This document shows, in pieces, positions 19,007-29,816 of a stretch of 64,000 nucleotides of DNA. This DNA comes from Candidatus Dojkabacteria bacterium. Its GTDB lineage: Bacteria; Patescibacteriota; Dojkabacteria; B142; OLB20. Positions within the stretch are counted from its first letter, which is position 1. The number at the start of each line of letters is the position of its first letter. Under the pieces are notes generated by a model that saw only the letters and a program-made list of their open reading frames with translations, was not told the DNA's origin and made no database searches. The stretch is taken from positions 699,188-763,187 of the forward strand of contig CP129475.1 of the NCBI GenBank assembly GCA_030583785.1, read 5' to 3'. The position numbers were made by a program, and so were the translations under genes.

Positions 19007-20059
19007 ATGAATATTAAGTCGCCGTTACTAAAAGAGTGGTATTTATTTGCACTAATTTTGATATTAGTGATTCTTGTGGTGCTGATCTTTGCGCCATTTC
19101 TCAATGTGATAGTGGCTTCGCTAATATTGGTTGAGTTCTTTATGCCCCTTTATAAAAAGATTGCCAAAATACTCCCTAATTGGGCAGCCTCAATCGTTAC
19201 TACAGTTATTGTTCTTCTTACAGTGGTAATTCCGCTGGCAATAATTCTTACTCTTGCTGCGGCAGAAGCTGTTTCGTTTGGTAACAGAATTGGTGTGTTT
19301 CTTCAGAACGCAGGTATTGTTGATAGCACCGGAACTGTTAGCTTAGAACCAATCAAGCCTGTTCTGGCAACTTTGGGGATAAATATCGAACAAATCAGTC
19401 TGCGCGATGTACTTATACAGGCGGGTGCTCAAACAGGTCAACTTATCTACGGAATTGTATCGGCGATCGTCAATAACTTCGCTAATATTGTTATTCGGTT
19501 GTTCTTCATGATATTTACCATGATTTATCTGTTTATTGACTACGAAAGATTAGGGAAAGGCTTTAAGAAGATTAGTCCATTACCAGACGACTTAGACGAA
19601 GTCTTTGCTGATAAATTCAGATCAACAACCAGGGCAGTTGTAAAGGGTACTTTTGTAATTGCTTTGTTGCAGGCAACTTCGGTGGCAATACCTATGTGGT
19701 TCATGGGCATTGAACCTGTTGTTCTTTGGTGGGTAATTATGGTAATCATGAGCGTAATCCCTGTCGGCTCTGGTGTTGTTTGGGCTCCTCTTGGGATTCT
19801 TATGATAATTGCAGGAAGACCTTTAGAGGGATTGTTCATAATTGTCTATTCAGCTATTGCAATCAATGTGATTGATACAACACTCAGGCCAAGGTTGTTG
19901 AAAAAGGATACAAACCTGCATCCTGTAGTGGCTCTATTTAGCGTCCTTGGTGGTCTTAATCTGTTCGGGATAATTGGAATAATCTACGGGCCACTAATTG
20001 CTGTGTTCTTTTTAACGATCATGGAGGTTTATCGTGCTAGATATCATACAGCGCCATGA
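19007..20059 (+). CDS. AI-2E family transporter (PerM/UPF0118)
   Basis: Eight-TM protein. I see GTFVIALLQATSVAIPMWFMGIEPVVLWWVI...VIPVGSGVVWAPLGILMI...LNLFGIIGIIYGPLIAV, which fits the family topology. Confidence 0.75.
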   Translation: MNIKSPLLKEWYLFALILILVILVVLIFAPFLNVIVASLILVEFFMPLYKKIAKILPNWAASIVTTVIVLLTVVIPLAIILTLAAAEAVSFGNRIGVFLQNAGIVDSTGTVSLEPIKPVLATLGINIEQISLRDVLIQAGAQTGQLIYGIVSAIVNNFANIVIRLFFMIFTMIYLFIDYERLGKGFKKISPLPDDLDEVFADKFRSTTRAVVKGTFVIALLQATSVAIPMWFMGIEPVVLWWVIMVIMSVIPVGSGVVWAPLGILMIIAGRPLEGLFIIVYSAIAINVIDTTLRPRLLKKDTNLHPVVALFSVLGGLNLFGIIGIIYGPLIAVFFLTIMEVYRARYHTAP

Positions 20060-20322
20060 TTAAACGACCTAAGTTTCTCACTAAAGATTTTCTGTTCATG
20101 ATTTTAACCTCTGCTATTGTTTCTGTAGTCTGCCTACTATTCTTGTTCCTTGTTGGCGTGCCCATGACTCAAGCAAGAAATCATTATAATTCAGCAGTGC
20201 GACTCTATAATCAGGAAAATTATCAAGAAGCTCTGTTAGAAATAAGAATTTCCCAAGAAATCTGGAACACAAACGAAGCAGGTTTGCTTTCAGAAGAAAT
20301 ACTTCAAAAGCTGTCCGAGTAG
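20056..20322 (+). CDS. small membrane protein (88 aa)
   Basis: ATGA overlap with the upstream gene. One TM helix (FMILTSAIVSVVCLLFLFLVGV). Confidence 0.3.
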   Translation: MIKRPKFLTKDFLFMILTSAIVSVVCLLFLFLVGVPMTQARNHYNSAVRLYNQENYQEALLEIRISQEIWNTNEAGLLSEEILQKLSE

Positions 20323-21614
20323 TAAGCAGGATCTTTTAGTTTGTTTTGGCGTTTCTTCTTTTTGTTCTCACTTTCTCTTTTCATTGACACGATCTTTGAA
20401 CTTATCTTGTAAAGAATACCAACTACCACAATGATCCCTGCAATTAAAAGAATAAGGGTTTTACTTATACTACTCATTTGTTCTTCGTTGCTGATTCTGA
20501 TTGGACTTGTTATCTCTGCAGGAATATAGATTGCAAGATAATCAGATAGAATAGACTGATTGGAACCCTGAATTGAACGGATCTTGTAATAATATGTGGA
20601 TTCTTCTTCAACTTCATAGTCGATAATTGAAAAAGTCTCTTTCCCAACCTTCTTGATTTCAAAATATTCACCGTTTACGGAATTACTTCTGTATATAATG
20701 TATCCGTCAACATCCTGATCGTCTCCTTGCTTCCAATTAATTTGAATGCTTTTTGCTGATTGTTCTTCAATTGCCTCTAAAAGGGTAATGATTGGAGGGG
20801 ACAATTTATCTTTTGATACAGTTGTCACATTAGAGCCAAGTATCTGTCCGTTTTCCAGAGAAGTTGTGAATGTTCTGTTTGGAGTCTCAGTTATATTCCC
20901 AGACTTATCTGTAAGTATTAGGGAATAGTGATAAGTTGTCCCTTGGCTAAGTCCGCTAATGGTATATTCCATGACTTCTGAAACCTGATCAACTTTGATT
21001 GAGTTAGAGTACCTTGAGGTTTTTCCGTGCTTGATCTCAACTGTCACAGTTTCACTTGACTTCATCCAGATGCTTGCTGTAGATGGTGTTACATCAAATA
21101 CATCTAGTTCTAGTATCTGAGGGGGATCAGAATCAATTATTCGATAGCTTACCTTTGCAATTATGTCGGTCAAGTTAATTACCGCATCTACTTCTAAATC
21201 AGAAGTTTGCAGAAGCAGGGGTGACACCTCTATCTTACCGTCAGAGGTTAATTGAAAGGGAATGTCTGATGTCTTTTTTTGACCTTCAAGGCTAAGAGAT
21301 TTCGCCTCAATAATCTGCATATTCAAGCGGTTTACAACTCGCATGATCCCATTGCTGTAGCCCTGCTGTATAAATACAAGTTCAACACTTAACACCTCAA
21401 TATCATTACCGACTTCTTTAGATTCAAATGTAATTTCCTGATTGCGAATATTGCCTGTTGCACTACCCGAAAAGCTTGTGTTTAGTTGTGACGCTGGAAT
21501 TTCAAGATAATTTTCTAAGGAAGACTCACTACTTGCCAAAACTGGAATAGTTAGCATGGATACAGCCAGTGCCACAATAGGGAAAGCTTTAAAGAGTCTG
21601 ATACTTGCGAACAT
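20304..21614 (-). CDS. C-terminally anchored surface protein with fibronectin-III-like domains
   Basis: Signal peptide MFASIRLFKAFPIVALAVSMLTIPVLA. Fn3-like segments (…YHYSLILTDKSGN…; …DGYIIYRSNSVNGEYFEIKKV…YYYKIRSIQG…). C-terminal TM helix plus a K-rich tail. Confidence 0.5.
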   Translation of the reverse strand: MFASIRLFKAFPIVALAVSMLTIPVLASSESSLENYLEIPASQLNTSFSGSATGNIRNQEITFESKEVGNDIEVLSVELVFIQQGYSNGIMRVVNRLNMQIIEAKSLSLEGQKKTSDIPFQLTSDGKIEVSPLLLQTSDLEVDAVINLTDIIAKVSYRIIDSDPPQILELDVFDVTPSTASIWMKSSETVTVEIKHGKTSRYSNSIKVDQVSEVMEYTISGLSQGTTYHYSLILTDKSGNITETPNRTFTTSLENGQILGSNVTTVSKDKLSPPIITLLEAIEEQSAKSIQINWKQGDDQDVDGYIIYRSNSVNGEYFEIKKVGKETFSIIDYEVEEESTYYYKIRSIQGSNQSILSDYLAIYIPAEITSPIRISNEEQMSSISKTLILLIAGIIVVVGILYKISSKIVSMKRESENKKKKRQNKLKDPAYYSDSF

Positions 21615-22152
21615 GTGTTTTATGGATAATTTCTTCTGTTAGAATTATATCAACTACTTGGTCATGTGTCGCTTTGGGAAGTAGAGCACTACTGATTTGG
21701 CAATGGTAGCAGATTCCGATGCGCACAGCCTTTGGTGATACTTTTGGCAGAAACCGGTCGTACCAACCAACTCCGTGTCCAAGGCGAGTTCCGTTAAGGT
21801 CGTAAGCAATTGCAGGTATTAAGATAACATCAAATGAACTAAACAAGGTTTTTGCTACAGGTTCCTTGATCCCGAAATTGCCCGTAACAAGCGATTCAAG
21901 GTCACTAATTTCCCCAACTGCCTCACTATCAACTATAGGCAGGAATACTTGCTTATCTGCGACTATGCCTTGAATAAATGGCTTGATATCGGGTTCGGTA
22001 GCTAGAGGGTAGAAACAGAGAATACTGTTTGAGCTTGAAACTATATCAAGTGAGTAGAGTTTTGCACAGATTCTTTCGTCTGCCGAATTGGATGATTCTT
22101 GAAAAGACAAGATTCTCTTATTAAATTCCGATCGAATTTTATCTTTCTGCAC
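21589..22152 (-). CDS. 5-formyltetrahydrofolate cyclo-ligase
   Basis: EPDIKPFIQ...KQVFLPIV...ILIPAIAYDLNGTRLGHGVGWYDRFL...HDQVVDIILTE matches the family signature G.G.GYYDR. Confidence 0.75.
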   Translation of the reverse strand: MQKDKIRSEFNKRILSFQESSNSADERICAKLYSLDIVSSSNSILCFYPLATEPDIKPFIQGIVADKQVFLPIVDSEAVGEISDLESLVTGNFGIKEPVAKTLFSSFDVILIPAIAYDLNGTRLGHGVGWYDRFLPKVSPKAVRIGICYHCQISSALLPKATHDQVVDIILTEEIIHKTHVRKYQTL

Positions 22153-23265
22153 TTAGCGTAAATAGTCTCGAAGGGCTTGGGCGATTTCGTCGCTTTTTAG
22201 CCTTTTTAGTGCTTTTGCCTCTATTTGTCGAATTCTTTCTCGGGTGACTTTGAATTCGTGGCCGACTTCTTCTAGGGTTCTGGAAACGCCGTCTTTTAGT
22301 CCGAATCGAAGTTCTAAGACTTTTCGCTCTCTGTCTGTTAAGCCGTTAAGGATTTCTGTAATTTGTTTTTTTAGTGATGCCCAAGTGGCGATTTCAGATG
22401 GGCTGGCAGAGAATTCGTCTGGAATAATGTCGCCAAGTTTACTGTCTTTCTCTTCTCCGATAGGGGCTTCGAGAGAGGCAGGCCTTTGAGCAATACGAAT
22501 AATTTCGTTAACCTTTTCGCTGTCCATTTCCATTGCCTCTGCAATTTCTTTGATTTTCGGTCTTCTGCCAAGTTTGGCGGCAAGCTGACTGGAAACCTTG
22601 CTGAGTTTGTTTATTGTTTCTATCATGTGCACAGGTACACGGATTGTTCTTGCTTGGTCCGCAATTGCTCTGGTGATTGCTTGTCTAATCCACCATGTAG
22701 CATAAGTTGAGAACTTGAAGCCTTTGCGGTATTCAAACTTTTCGACAGCTCGCATAAGGCCTATGTTTCCTTCTTGAATTAAGTCCAATAAATCTAGGCC
22801 GCGTTTTGCGTATTTTTTTGCAATTGAAACGACAAGGCGTAGATTTGCCGTGGTAAGAAGTTCTCTGGCTTCGTTGTCGTTAGCTTCGATTCTTTTGGCA
22901 AGAACGACTTCTTCTTCTGCGTTAAGTAGCGGAATTCTACCGATTTCGTGAAGATAGGCTCGAATCGGATCTGTAGAAACATGGGATCTGATTTTTTTAA
23001 GGATCTTAATTTTCTGTTCAAAGGTCATTCCTTTGCCAGAAGCAGGAGTTGCAACCTCTGTTGTTTTTTCGATTTCTTCCGCATCTGGCTCTATAAGTTC
23101 GATGTCTTCTTCTTGAAGTGTGTTTATTATATATTCCAGCAAGGACATATCTTCTTCTATATGCGGAAATGTTTCAAGAAGTTGGTCTTGAGACAAATAC
23201 CCTTGTTGCTTGCCAAGATCGATAAGTTGATTAACCAGCTGTTTCTTTTTTTGACTGATTGCCAT
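22153..23265 (-). CDS. rpoD: RNA polymerase primary sigma factor (sigma-70)
   Basis: [27 protein letters not shown]; region 2: [73 protein letters not shown]; region 4: [27 protein letters not shown]. Confidence 0.95.
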   Translation of the reverse strand: MAISQKKKQLVNQLIDLGKQQGYLSQDQLLETFPHIEEDMSLLEYIINTLQEEDIELIEPDAEEIEKTTEVATPASGKGMTFEQKIKILKKIRSHVSTDPIRAYLHEIGRIPLLNAEEEVVLAKRIEANDNEARELLTTANLRLVVSIAKKYAKRGLDLLDLIQEGNIGLMRAVEKFEYRKGFKFSTYATWWIRQAITRAIADQARTIRVPVHMIETINKLSKVSSQLAAKLGRRPKIKEIAEAMEMDSEKVNEIIRIAQRPASLEAPIGEEKDSKLGDIIPDEFSASPSEIATWASLKKQITEILNGLTDRERKVLELRFGLKDGVSRTLEEVGHEFKVTRERIRQIEAKALKRLKSDEIAQALRDYLR

Positions 23266-23352
23266 TTTGGATAATTCAAAAACTATAATTTGTTCTGATG
23301 ATTAAAACGCAGTAGGTGCAATTGTATCATACCTTTTCCAATAATTTATTAG

Positions 23353-24312
23353 TTGAGCACTCCTTTTAGTATTTGTTATTATGATCTGAAACACAGTACT
23401 TTTAACGACATTTTTGTGCCTATTACTAAATATACTAAAGCTCCAGTTAAGTATATACCTTTTGAGCAAAGGGTTTTACCATCTGAACCTGCCCCCGATA
23501 AAGAAATTGTTATCGAACCACAATATAAAACATTCAAAACACAACTTACATTGTGGGACATTATTTCGGGGCTATTCAATGACTTTACAGATGCCTTGGT
23601 AAAATCAAGGGTAGCGGGCCTGTTATTGCCGTTAATTCTTATACTTTTCGGAGTAAACATCATCTACCGCGAGGTCTGGCCAGAAGTAGAGCAGCAGATT
23701 AAGTACACACTCGGATACTACGACCTTACAACCGTTCCTCTCGTTGCCGGCGACTATATTGAACGAAGACAATTCTTATCTAATCCAGGATCGCAATATT
23801 TTGCAGAGCTTAACGAACAGGCAGAAAGTGCCCATGTGTTAACTCCAGATCCAGACAGCAATAATTACAACGGCCGATTCAGGCTTTCAATCCCAGCTCT
23901 GGGATTAAGTAATTTGCCAGTAACAGCTAATGTAGACAGCGGAAACGAAGCAGTATATGACTCTGTACTTACTTCCGGACTAGCCCATTTTAAGGGAACA
24001 GGACTTCCAATTTCTGATGTAGACAACAATATTGTTATTTACGGACACAGTAGTTCTGGAGATTATTATGAAAGAACAAGAGATGTTGCCGGAGCCTTCT
24101 CGCTACTGAACAAAATTAAAATTGGTGATGAAATTGAAGTTGAAATCGAAGGAGTAATGCATAAATACCGTGTTTATAGAAGCAAAATAGTTGCCCCTGA
24201 TGATATTTCTATTGTTACCGGACAGAAAAACACCAGAACGCTCACTTTGTTCACCTGCTTTCCAAACGGTAACAGCGCCAATAGGTTTGTGGCTGTAGCT
24301 CGACCTGTGTAA
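23353..24312 (+). CDS. sortase-family transpeptidase (N-terminal TM anchor)
   Basis: IVIYGHSSSG (His), RTLTLFTCFP (TLxTC Cys) and RFVAVARPV (Arg). TM helix VAGLLLPLILILFGVNIIY. Confidence 0.75.
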   Translation: MSTPFSICYYDLKHSTFNDIFVPITKYTKAPVKYIPFEQRVLPSEPAPDKEIVIEPQYKTFKTQLTLWDIISGLFNDFTDALVKSRVAGLLLPLILILFGVNIIYREVWPEVEQQIKYTLGYYDLTTVPLVAGDYIERRQFLSNPGSQYFAELNEQAESAHVLTPDPDSNNYNGRFRLSIPALGLSNLPVTANVDSGNEAVYDSVLTSGLAHFKGTGLPISDVDNNIVIYGHSSSGDYYERTRDVAGAFSLLNKIKIGDEIEVEIEGVMHKYRVYRSKIVAPDDISIVTGQKNTRTLTLFTCFPNGNSANRFVAVARPV

Positions 24313-24323
24313 AAAGATAATTG

Positions 24324-25529
24324 CTAATACTTCTTTTTTCTTAGGAAGCTAGGAGTTTCGTAGGTACCTTCGTCGTCATCGTTCATAATCGAAGCCTTTT
24401 TAGGCCGGTTGATTATTGGCGATTCGTCTACATCTGAAAAATCGTCTGTTTCAAAAGATGATTCAAAATCCTCCTCCACTTTAGGTCTACTTGGTAATTC
24501 ACTTGTATACAATGGTCTTTCGACAACTTTTGGAGTAGGCTCGACCTGACCAATGGGAACGGGTGTTCCTTTTTCGTCAAGTTCGAAACCAGTTGCCAGA
24601 ACAGTGATGTGAACTTCATCTTCTAGAGAATCATCGATATGAGCGCCGAAAATCACATTAGCATCTTCGTGAACGGATTCGGAAATTAGTTTGGCAGCTT
24701 CGTTAACTTCGAATAGTGCCATATCTTTGCCTCCGACAATGTTAAACAGGACTCCTGTTGCGCCTTGAATTGACATTTCGAGTAGAGGACTGTTCATAGC
24801 CATTTTAGTTGCTTCTGCGGCCCTGTCTTCTCCTGATGCTTTGCCCATACCCATTAGAGCTGTTCCGGCATTTAACATGATTGATTTGACATCATTGAAG
24901 TCTACATTGATCATTCCTGACTGTGTAACTAACTGGGATATGCTTTTAACTGCTTGGGCAAGAACATCGTCGACCATTTTCATTGCATCAATGAATGAGA
25001 TGTTTCTATCAACAACATCCAATAGTCTTTGGTTAGGAATAACAATAAGAGTATCAACCCTGTCTTTTATTTGAGCAATGCCTTCGAGAGCAGTTTGCAT
25101 TCTTCTCTTGCCTTCGAAGCTAAAAGGTTTTTCTACAATTCCAACCGTAATTGCACCTAGGTTCTTGGATATTCCTGCAATAACAGGGGATGCTCCTGTT
25201 CCTGTGCCACCACCCATACCTGCGGTAATAAATACCATATCTGCACCTGCTAGGTGTTCGTGAAGAACATCTACACTTTCTTCTGCAGCTTTTTTACCGA
25301 TTTGTGGATTTCCGCCACTTCCTAGTCCGCGAGTGATTTCTTCGCCAATTTTTAGTTTGATTTCTGCGCTGTTGTTGCCAAGAGCTTGAGAATCAGTGTT
25401 TACGGCAACGAATTCGACTCCTTCTATTTCGTAGTTCTGAATCATATTGTTAATCGCATTACCTCCGGCTCCCCCGACTCCTACAACTTTAATTTTTGCA
25501 ATATTTGATGTTTGTGGTTTTACAAGCAT
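24324..25529 (-). CDS. ftsZ: cell division protein FtsZ
   Basis: [17 protein letters not shown]...[17 protein letters not shown] (tubulin signature), T7 loop [11 protein letters not shown], acidic C-terminal tail. Confidence 0.95.
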   Translation of the reverse strand: MLVKPQTSNIAKIKVVGVGGAGGNAINNMIQNYEIEGVEFVAVNTDSQALGNNSAEIKLKIGEEITRGLGSGGNPQIGKKAAEESVDVLHEHLAGADMVFITAGMGGGTGTGASPVIAGISKNLGAITVGIVEKPFSFEGKRRMQTALEGIAQIKDRVDTLIVIPNQRLLDVVDRNISFIDAMKMVDDVLAQAVKSISQLVTQSGMINVDFNDVKSIMLNAGTALMGMGKASGEDRAAEATKMAMNSPLLEMSIQGATGVLFNIVGGKDMALFEVNEAAKLISESVHEDANVIFGAHIDDSLEDEVHITVLATGFELDEKGTPVPIGQVEPTPKVVERPLYTSELPSRPKVEEDFESSFETDDFSDVDESPIINRPKKASIMNDDDEGTYETPSFLRKKKY

Positions 25530-25635
25530 GGTTCTGTTTGAGTAATAAAGATATGACCAATACAGGTTGGAATAGTTAAAGTGGCAAAGTCGTGCAATAG
25601 TCTAGACTTAAAGATACCAATACTGGACATAATAA

Positions 25636-26970
25636 TCAAGGCAGAAGGTTTCTAAAAAACCCGCCAATTTTTGAGAGTACCCCATCTTTAGGAGCACCTT
25701 TTTTAAGGTTCACCTGTTTGCGTGCACCTCCATAACCTTCATCCATTGCTCCGTATATTACGAGTCCTTGAACTACCGAGTAGGCCGGGTTGGAGATTTC
25801 TTCTACTAATCCTTCTAGACCTTTTGGATAACCGATTCTGGCAGGAACTCCAAAGACCTTTTTAGCTATTGTTGTTATTCCTGGTACCAGAGCAGCTCCA
25901 CCTGTAATTACGACCCCTGCGGGAAGCCTTGTTTCGTGATTTGCTTCTTCGACCTGCTTTATTACAAGATCAAATATTTCACTAAGTCGTGCATCGATTA
26001 TCTCTTCAAAAAGTTTTTTTGAAACAGTTTTTACTCCATCGATTTCTAGTTTAGTGACATCAATAACATCTCTTTTCTTTTTGAGAGATTTTTTATCGTC
26101 TTCATCGTCTGATCCACGGCCCAAAAGTTTTTGTCTTTTCTGAGTAGCTTCGCTAGGAGGTGTGTCGTCTTTCGTAAGTCTGTACAGTTCTTCTGCATTT
26201 AGTTTAATTCTTTCTGAATCTTCTAGGGATACTCTTAGTCCGATAGCAAGGTCTGATGTTAGATTAGCGCCTCCAAGAGGAAGACTTCCGCTATAGGTGA
26301 TTGCGTCTTCGACAAAGGTGGTAATTGAGGTTGATCCTCCACCGATGTCTAATAACATAACTCCCAATTCTTTTTCTGTAGGTGTAAGTACTGCGTTTGC
26401 TGTTGCCCATCCTGTGAAGACAATATCGTCAACTCTAAGGCCGAGTTGCTGAACGCACTTGACTAGGTTATGTAGAGCAGAGGATGTAGCAGAAATTATA
26501 TGTGCGTCAACTTCTAAACGGGTACCCGACATTCCAATTGGATCTTTGATTCCGCCTTGTGCATCTACAATAAATTCCCTGGGTATTACATGTAATATCT
26601 CTCTGGACGGTGGGATTGAAACTGTTCTAGCACTTTCGATAGCTCTGAATACATCGTCGGCAATAATTTCGTCTTGCGCGACAGCAACTACACCTTTGTT
26701 GTTGGTGCTGGTAATGTGTTTTCCGTTAATCGAGATGTATACAGAAGAAACGGTAAGACCTGCCATTCGTTCTGCTGCCTCAAGAGCTGCGGCAATTGAA
26801 TTAATAGCATCATCAATATTGACAATAACTCCTTTTTTTAATCCTTGGCTCGGGTAAGTAGCAACTCCAATCACTGATGGCGGCTGTCCTTCTTCTAGGG
26901 AAGAAATGACGGCTGAGATTTTTGTTGATCCTATATCAAGCGCAGTAATAATCCTGTTGGCCATGTGCAA
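25636..26970 (-). CDS. ftsA: cell division protein FtsA
   Basis: ITALDIGSTKISAVIS (phosphate-1), LLDIGGGSTSI, VITGGAALVPGI. Actin-like fold. A charged insertion (DDEDDKKSLKKKRD) is present. Confidence 0.9.
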   Translation of the reverse strand: MHMANRIITALDIGSTKISAVISSLEEGQPPSVIGVATYPSQGLKKGVIVNIDDAINSIAAALEAAERMAGLTVSSVYISINGKHITSTNNKGVVAVAQDEIIADDVFRAIESARTVSIPPSREILHVIPREFIVDAQGGIKDPIGMSGTRLEVDAHIISATSSALHNLVKCVQQLGLRVDDIVFTGWATANAVLTPTEKELGVMLLDIGGGSTSITTFVEDAITYSGSLPLGGANLTSDLAIGLRVSLEDSERIKLNAEELYRLTKDDTPPSEATQKRQKLLGRGSDDEDDKKSLKKKRDVIDVTKLEIDGVKTVSKKLFEEIIDARLSEIFDLVIKQVEEANHETRLPAGVVITGGAALVPGITTIAKKVFGVPARIGYPKGLEGLVEEISNPAYSVVQGLVIYGAMDEGYGGARKQVNLKKGAPKDGVLSKIGGFFRNLLP

Positions 26971-27078
26971 TATTTACACTAATCTATTCTAACTAAAATA
27001 TTTACGGCTCACAATATACCATCTTTTCTTCAGTAAGCTATTCTAACATGTAATGATTTTTACTGTTACTGGCAGAAT

Positions 27079-28191
27079 TCATTTTACAGAAACTTTTTTG
27101 GAACTCAAATCAATAATACTGAAGTCTTTTCCATTTAAACGGAGTTGCTCGTTGATGACTATGTAGTCTTCAATTTGTTCAGAAATGCTTCTGTTGGTAC
27201 CAAAAAGAATAGTCTTGCCATTTGTGAAGTTAAATTTAGCAAGGTAAGGTCCTTCCCAGGTGATCCTTTCAATTATGAGAGATTGATTCGCAGAAAAGTA
27301 GGTGCGTGCTTCTCGAGTAAGTTCAAGTTTTGGCAGATTAACTTGATCGTTAACATTGTAAAGTTCGTTGCTGTATTCATAAATTCTGGGAAGGGCAGCG
27401 TAGTCGCTTCTGGATGCGGCCTGAGCAAATCTGCTATGAATTTCTGAAGCTTTACCCATAAGTTCTGACCTAATTTGTTCGAGTGTGGCAAGTTTTTCGC
27501 TTAAACTATAAGTTGAGAAATCGAAGGTTTCGTTAGCGTCGGCGGGGTTTTCTGGATCGGGGGTTATATCGAGATCTTTTTTCATGCGTGCTTGAACATA
27601 ATCACCGTTAGGATCTCCAAAACCCTTTATTATGTCTATGTCAGATGTTGAAAAATTGATTATTCCTTGGTCGATTACTTCAATGACATTTCCCTGGTCA
27701 TCAATTAGATAGGAACCCGTAAAGTTAATGATGGTCATACTTGGTTGTCTTTCTTGTAATGTAATAATCAATTTGTCCGGAAGAAATTTTTTAATTTGGA
27801 TATTCTGAAAGTAGATTTGGTTGTTTGTTAGTTGGGTTTTAACGATATTGCCTCGAAGCAGAAAAATGTTTGTTCCAACAATTTGGTTTAAGTTGTCCTG
27901 CAAAACCTTATCGCTGACACTTGTGTTTCCAATAAATTCCAGTCGCTTAACTGAGAAATAATCTGATGTTAATAAATATCCGCTAACCAGAAAAAAGACT
28001 ACAAGCAAAATAAAACCCGAAACAGAGTAGATGAGTCTTTTCTGTTCAAGTATTTTACTTAGAATATCTTTTATTTTTGCGAGCTTGCGTTTTTTAAGGA
28101 GGTTGTCAGATCTGTTTGCTCGAGGTCTAAGTCGTCTCTGAAAGGGCGATGGTTGTCTTCGTTGTTTTGGTTTAGTGAAAGGCAGCTTCAT
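27079..28191 (-). CDS. ftsQ: cell division protein FtsQ/DivIB-like (POTRA domain)
   Basis: Basic N-terminus, single TM helix (GFILLVVFFLVSGYLL), then FSVKRLEFIGNTSVSDKVLQDNLNQIVGTNIFLL (POTRA). It sits upstream of ftsA and ftsZ. Confidence 0.7.
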   Translation of the reverse strand: MKLPFTKPKQRRQPSPFQRRLRPRANRSDNLLKKRKLAKIKDILSKILEQKRLIYSVSGFILLVVFFLVSGYLLTSDYFSVKRLEFIGNTSVSDKVLQDNLNQIVGTNIFLLRGNIVKTQLTNNQIYFQNIQIKKFLPDKLIITLQERQPSMTIINFTGSYLIDDQGNVIEVIDQGIINFSTSDIDIIKGFGDPNGDYVQARMKKDLDITPDPENPADANETFDFSTYSLSEKLATLEQIRSELMGKASEIHSRFAQAASRSDYAALPRIYEYSNELYNVNDQVNLPKLELTREARTYFSANQSLIIERITWEGPYLAKFNFTNGKTILFGTNRSISEQIEDYIVINEQLRLNGKDFSIIDLSSKKVSVK

Positions 28192-28242
28192 ACTTAATTA
28201 TATTATAGCTGAAGAAGCCCTGAACTGTTGTTGAAAGCAAAA

Positions 28243-28270
28243 AAAAGGCCTCGGCTTAAGCCGAGGCCTT
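28243..28270 (-). terminator. rho-independent terminator downstream of rpsO
   Basis: On the minus strand: AAGGCCTCGGCTTAAGCCGAGGCCTT followed by TTTTTTTTGC. Confidence 0.65.
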
Positions 28271-28287
28271 AATGGTTACTAGTGTCA

Positions 28288-28557
28288 TTATGAAAGGCCT
28301 AAGTCCTTTTTAAGTTTATCTGTTGCTTCGGCTCCCTCTTTTTCAGACATGTACTTTAAAAGTCTTCTTCTTTGTCCAACCATTCCAAGAAGTCCTCTTC
28401 TGGAGTGATTATCTTTTTTGTGTGTTTTTAGATGAGAAGCTAGATCTTCAATCTTAGCTGTTAGTAGTGCAATTTGAACTGCGGGTGAACCCGTATCGGA
28501 ATCGCTAGTTCTAAACTTAGCAATTACCTCTTCCTTTTTCTCTTTGGAGAGTGACAT
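28288..28557 (-). CDS. rpsO: 30S ribosomal protein S15
   Basis: [63 protein letters not shown] is canonical S15. Confidence 0.9.
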   Translation of the reverse strand: MSLSKEKKEEVIAKFRTSDSDTGSPAVQIALLTAKIEDLASHLKTHKKDNHSRRGLLGMVGQRRRLLKYMSEKEGAEATDKLKKDLGLS

Positions 28558-28675
28558 TATTGGTATTTTAATAATTTATCTATGAACTTCAGCAGAAGCG
28601 TCACCTAACTGCCAAAGTAAAAGTATTTAATGATTATACCACCAAGACTGGAAATATTGAAAGCTAGCTTGTGTT

Positions 28676-29005
28676 TTAGTTTCCGAGAAGTTCTTGAATT
28701 TTATCGTCGATATCTTCCTCTGAACGCAGACCTACCATTGATTCGGCAGGTTGTCCGTCTTTAAAGAACATAAGCGTTGGAATACTCATTACATGAAAGC
28801 TTCCTTGGGTTTCAGGGTTTTCGTCTACATCAAGTTTAAAGATTTTAATATTTGGGTTTTCTTTATATTTTTCTGCTAACTTGTCGATAATTGGTCCTTG
28901 TATTCTGCAAGGAGTACACCATTCTGCCCAAAAATCAATTAGTACAACTCCGTTAAATTCTGCAACTTCTGCTTGAAATTCTGTGTCGGTTAGTTGTGAA
29001 GCCAT
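28676..29005 (-). CDS. trxA: thioredoxin with an atypical CTPC active site
   Basis: VLIDFWAEWCTPCRIQGPIIDKLAEKY. Thioredoxin fold of 109 aa. It reads WCTPC where WCGPC is canonical. Confidence 0.85.
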   Translation of the reverse strand: MASQLTDTEFQAEVAEFNGVVLIDFWAEWCTPCRIQGPIIDKLAEKYKENPNIKIFKLDVDENPETQGSFHVMSIPTLMFFKDGQPAESMVGLRSEEDIDDKIQELLGN

Positions 29006-29031
29006 TGTATTATTTTTTTAATTATAATTAA

Positions 29032-29355
29032 TTATTTGCTAAGTGGTTGTCTTGAAGGAATTTTTTGCGAAACCTTTGCTTTTATATCTTTAACTTTATC
29101 TTCGACATTATCTTTTACTTTTGAAGCTTTTGAACTTACTTGATCTAAAAATGGCTCTATGCGGTCTTCTTGAAAATCATCGAAAGCATCTAGTCCTTTT
29201 TTGATAAGTTTGTCTCCTGCCTTTTTTACTTTTCTTCTAGTTACATCTCCTGTATGTGGAGCGAGAAGTAATCCGGCTGCAGCACCAACTAGGCCACCCA
29301 ATACTGCACCTGCAAGAAATCCAATCGCGCCTGCGGAATTGTTGTTTTGCATCAA
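29032..29355 (-). CDS. YtxH-like membrane/stress protein
   Basis: AIGFLAGAVLGGLVGAAAGLLLAPHTGDVTRRKV followed by a K/D-rich coiled-coil (the YtxH GxxxG..APxSGxETR pattern). Confidence 0.5.
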   Translation of the reverse strand: MMQNNNSAGAIGFLAGAVLGGLVGAAAGLLLAPHTGDVTRRKVKKAGDKLIKKGLDAFDDFQEDRIEPFLDQVSSKASKVKDNVEDKVKDIKAKVSQKIPSRQPLSK

Positions 29356-29374
29356 TATACGATTAAAATCTAAA

Positions 29375-29713
29375 TTATATTTCTACTTCCGATTCTGTTG
29401 TTTCGGAAGGCTCTTTTTTAGTTTTATTTTTTGAGAAGTTTTTTACAAAGCCAAACATGCTGGATAGTGGATCGATGATGTTATTGGCAAAATTGCTGAT
29501 TGAATCAACAGTATTTTTTAACCTTCTGCTTATAAAGCCATAATCTTCGACAAATCGATCAGAAAGGTCTCCGAAAGCCTGAAGAACCTGTCTAAGGTCT
29601 TTGATGCTATCGGCAAGGCCCCCGAGTAGACGCATGCACTGGTATGTGAGCCCTAAAATGCTTATACTAAATACAATTACTAAGAGGAGTTTCGAGAAAT
29701 CGTCAACACTCAT
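29375..29713 (-). CDS. small membrane protein (112 aa)
   Basis: N-terminal TM helix LLLVIVFSISILGLTY. No motif recognised. Confidence 0.3.
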   Translation of the reverse strand: MSVDDFSKLLLVIVFSISILGLTYQCMRLLGGLADSIKDLRQVLQAFGDLSDRFVEDYGFISRRLKNTVDSISNFANNIIDPLSSMFGFVKNFSKNKTKKEPSETTESEVEI

Positions 29714-29816
29714 GAAAATAGTCTAAGATGTAATAGTCTTACCGCTTAAGTATGTCATAATTTATGCCAATTAGCAATTATGACAGTAAATCATTATTTA
29801 ATAAGTCTGCTGTTCA

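Noticed and set aside
28558-28675. 118-bp spacer between trxA and rpsO as a possible ncRNA or riboswitch
   Set aside because: I saw no convincing stem-loops or conserved riboswitch motif on inspection. It is most likely just the rpsO promoter region.
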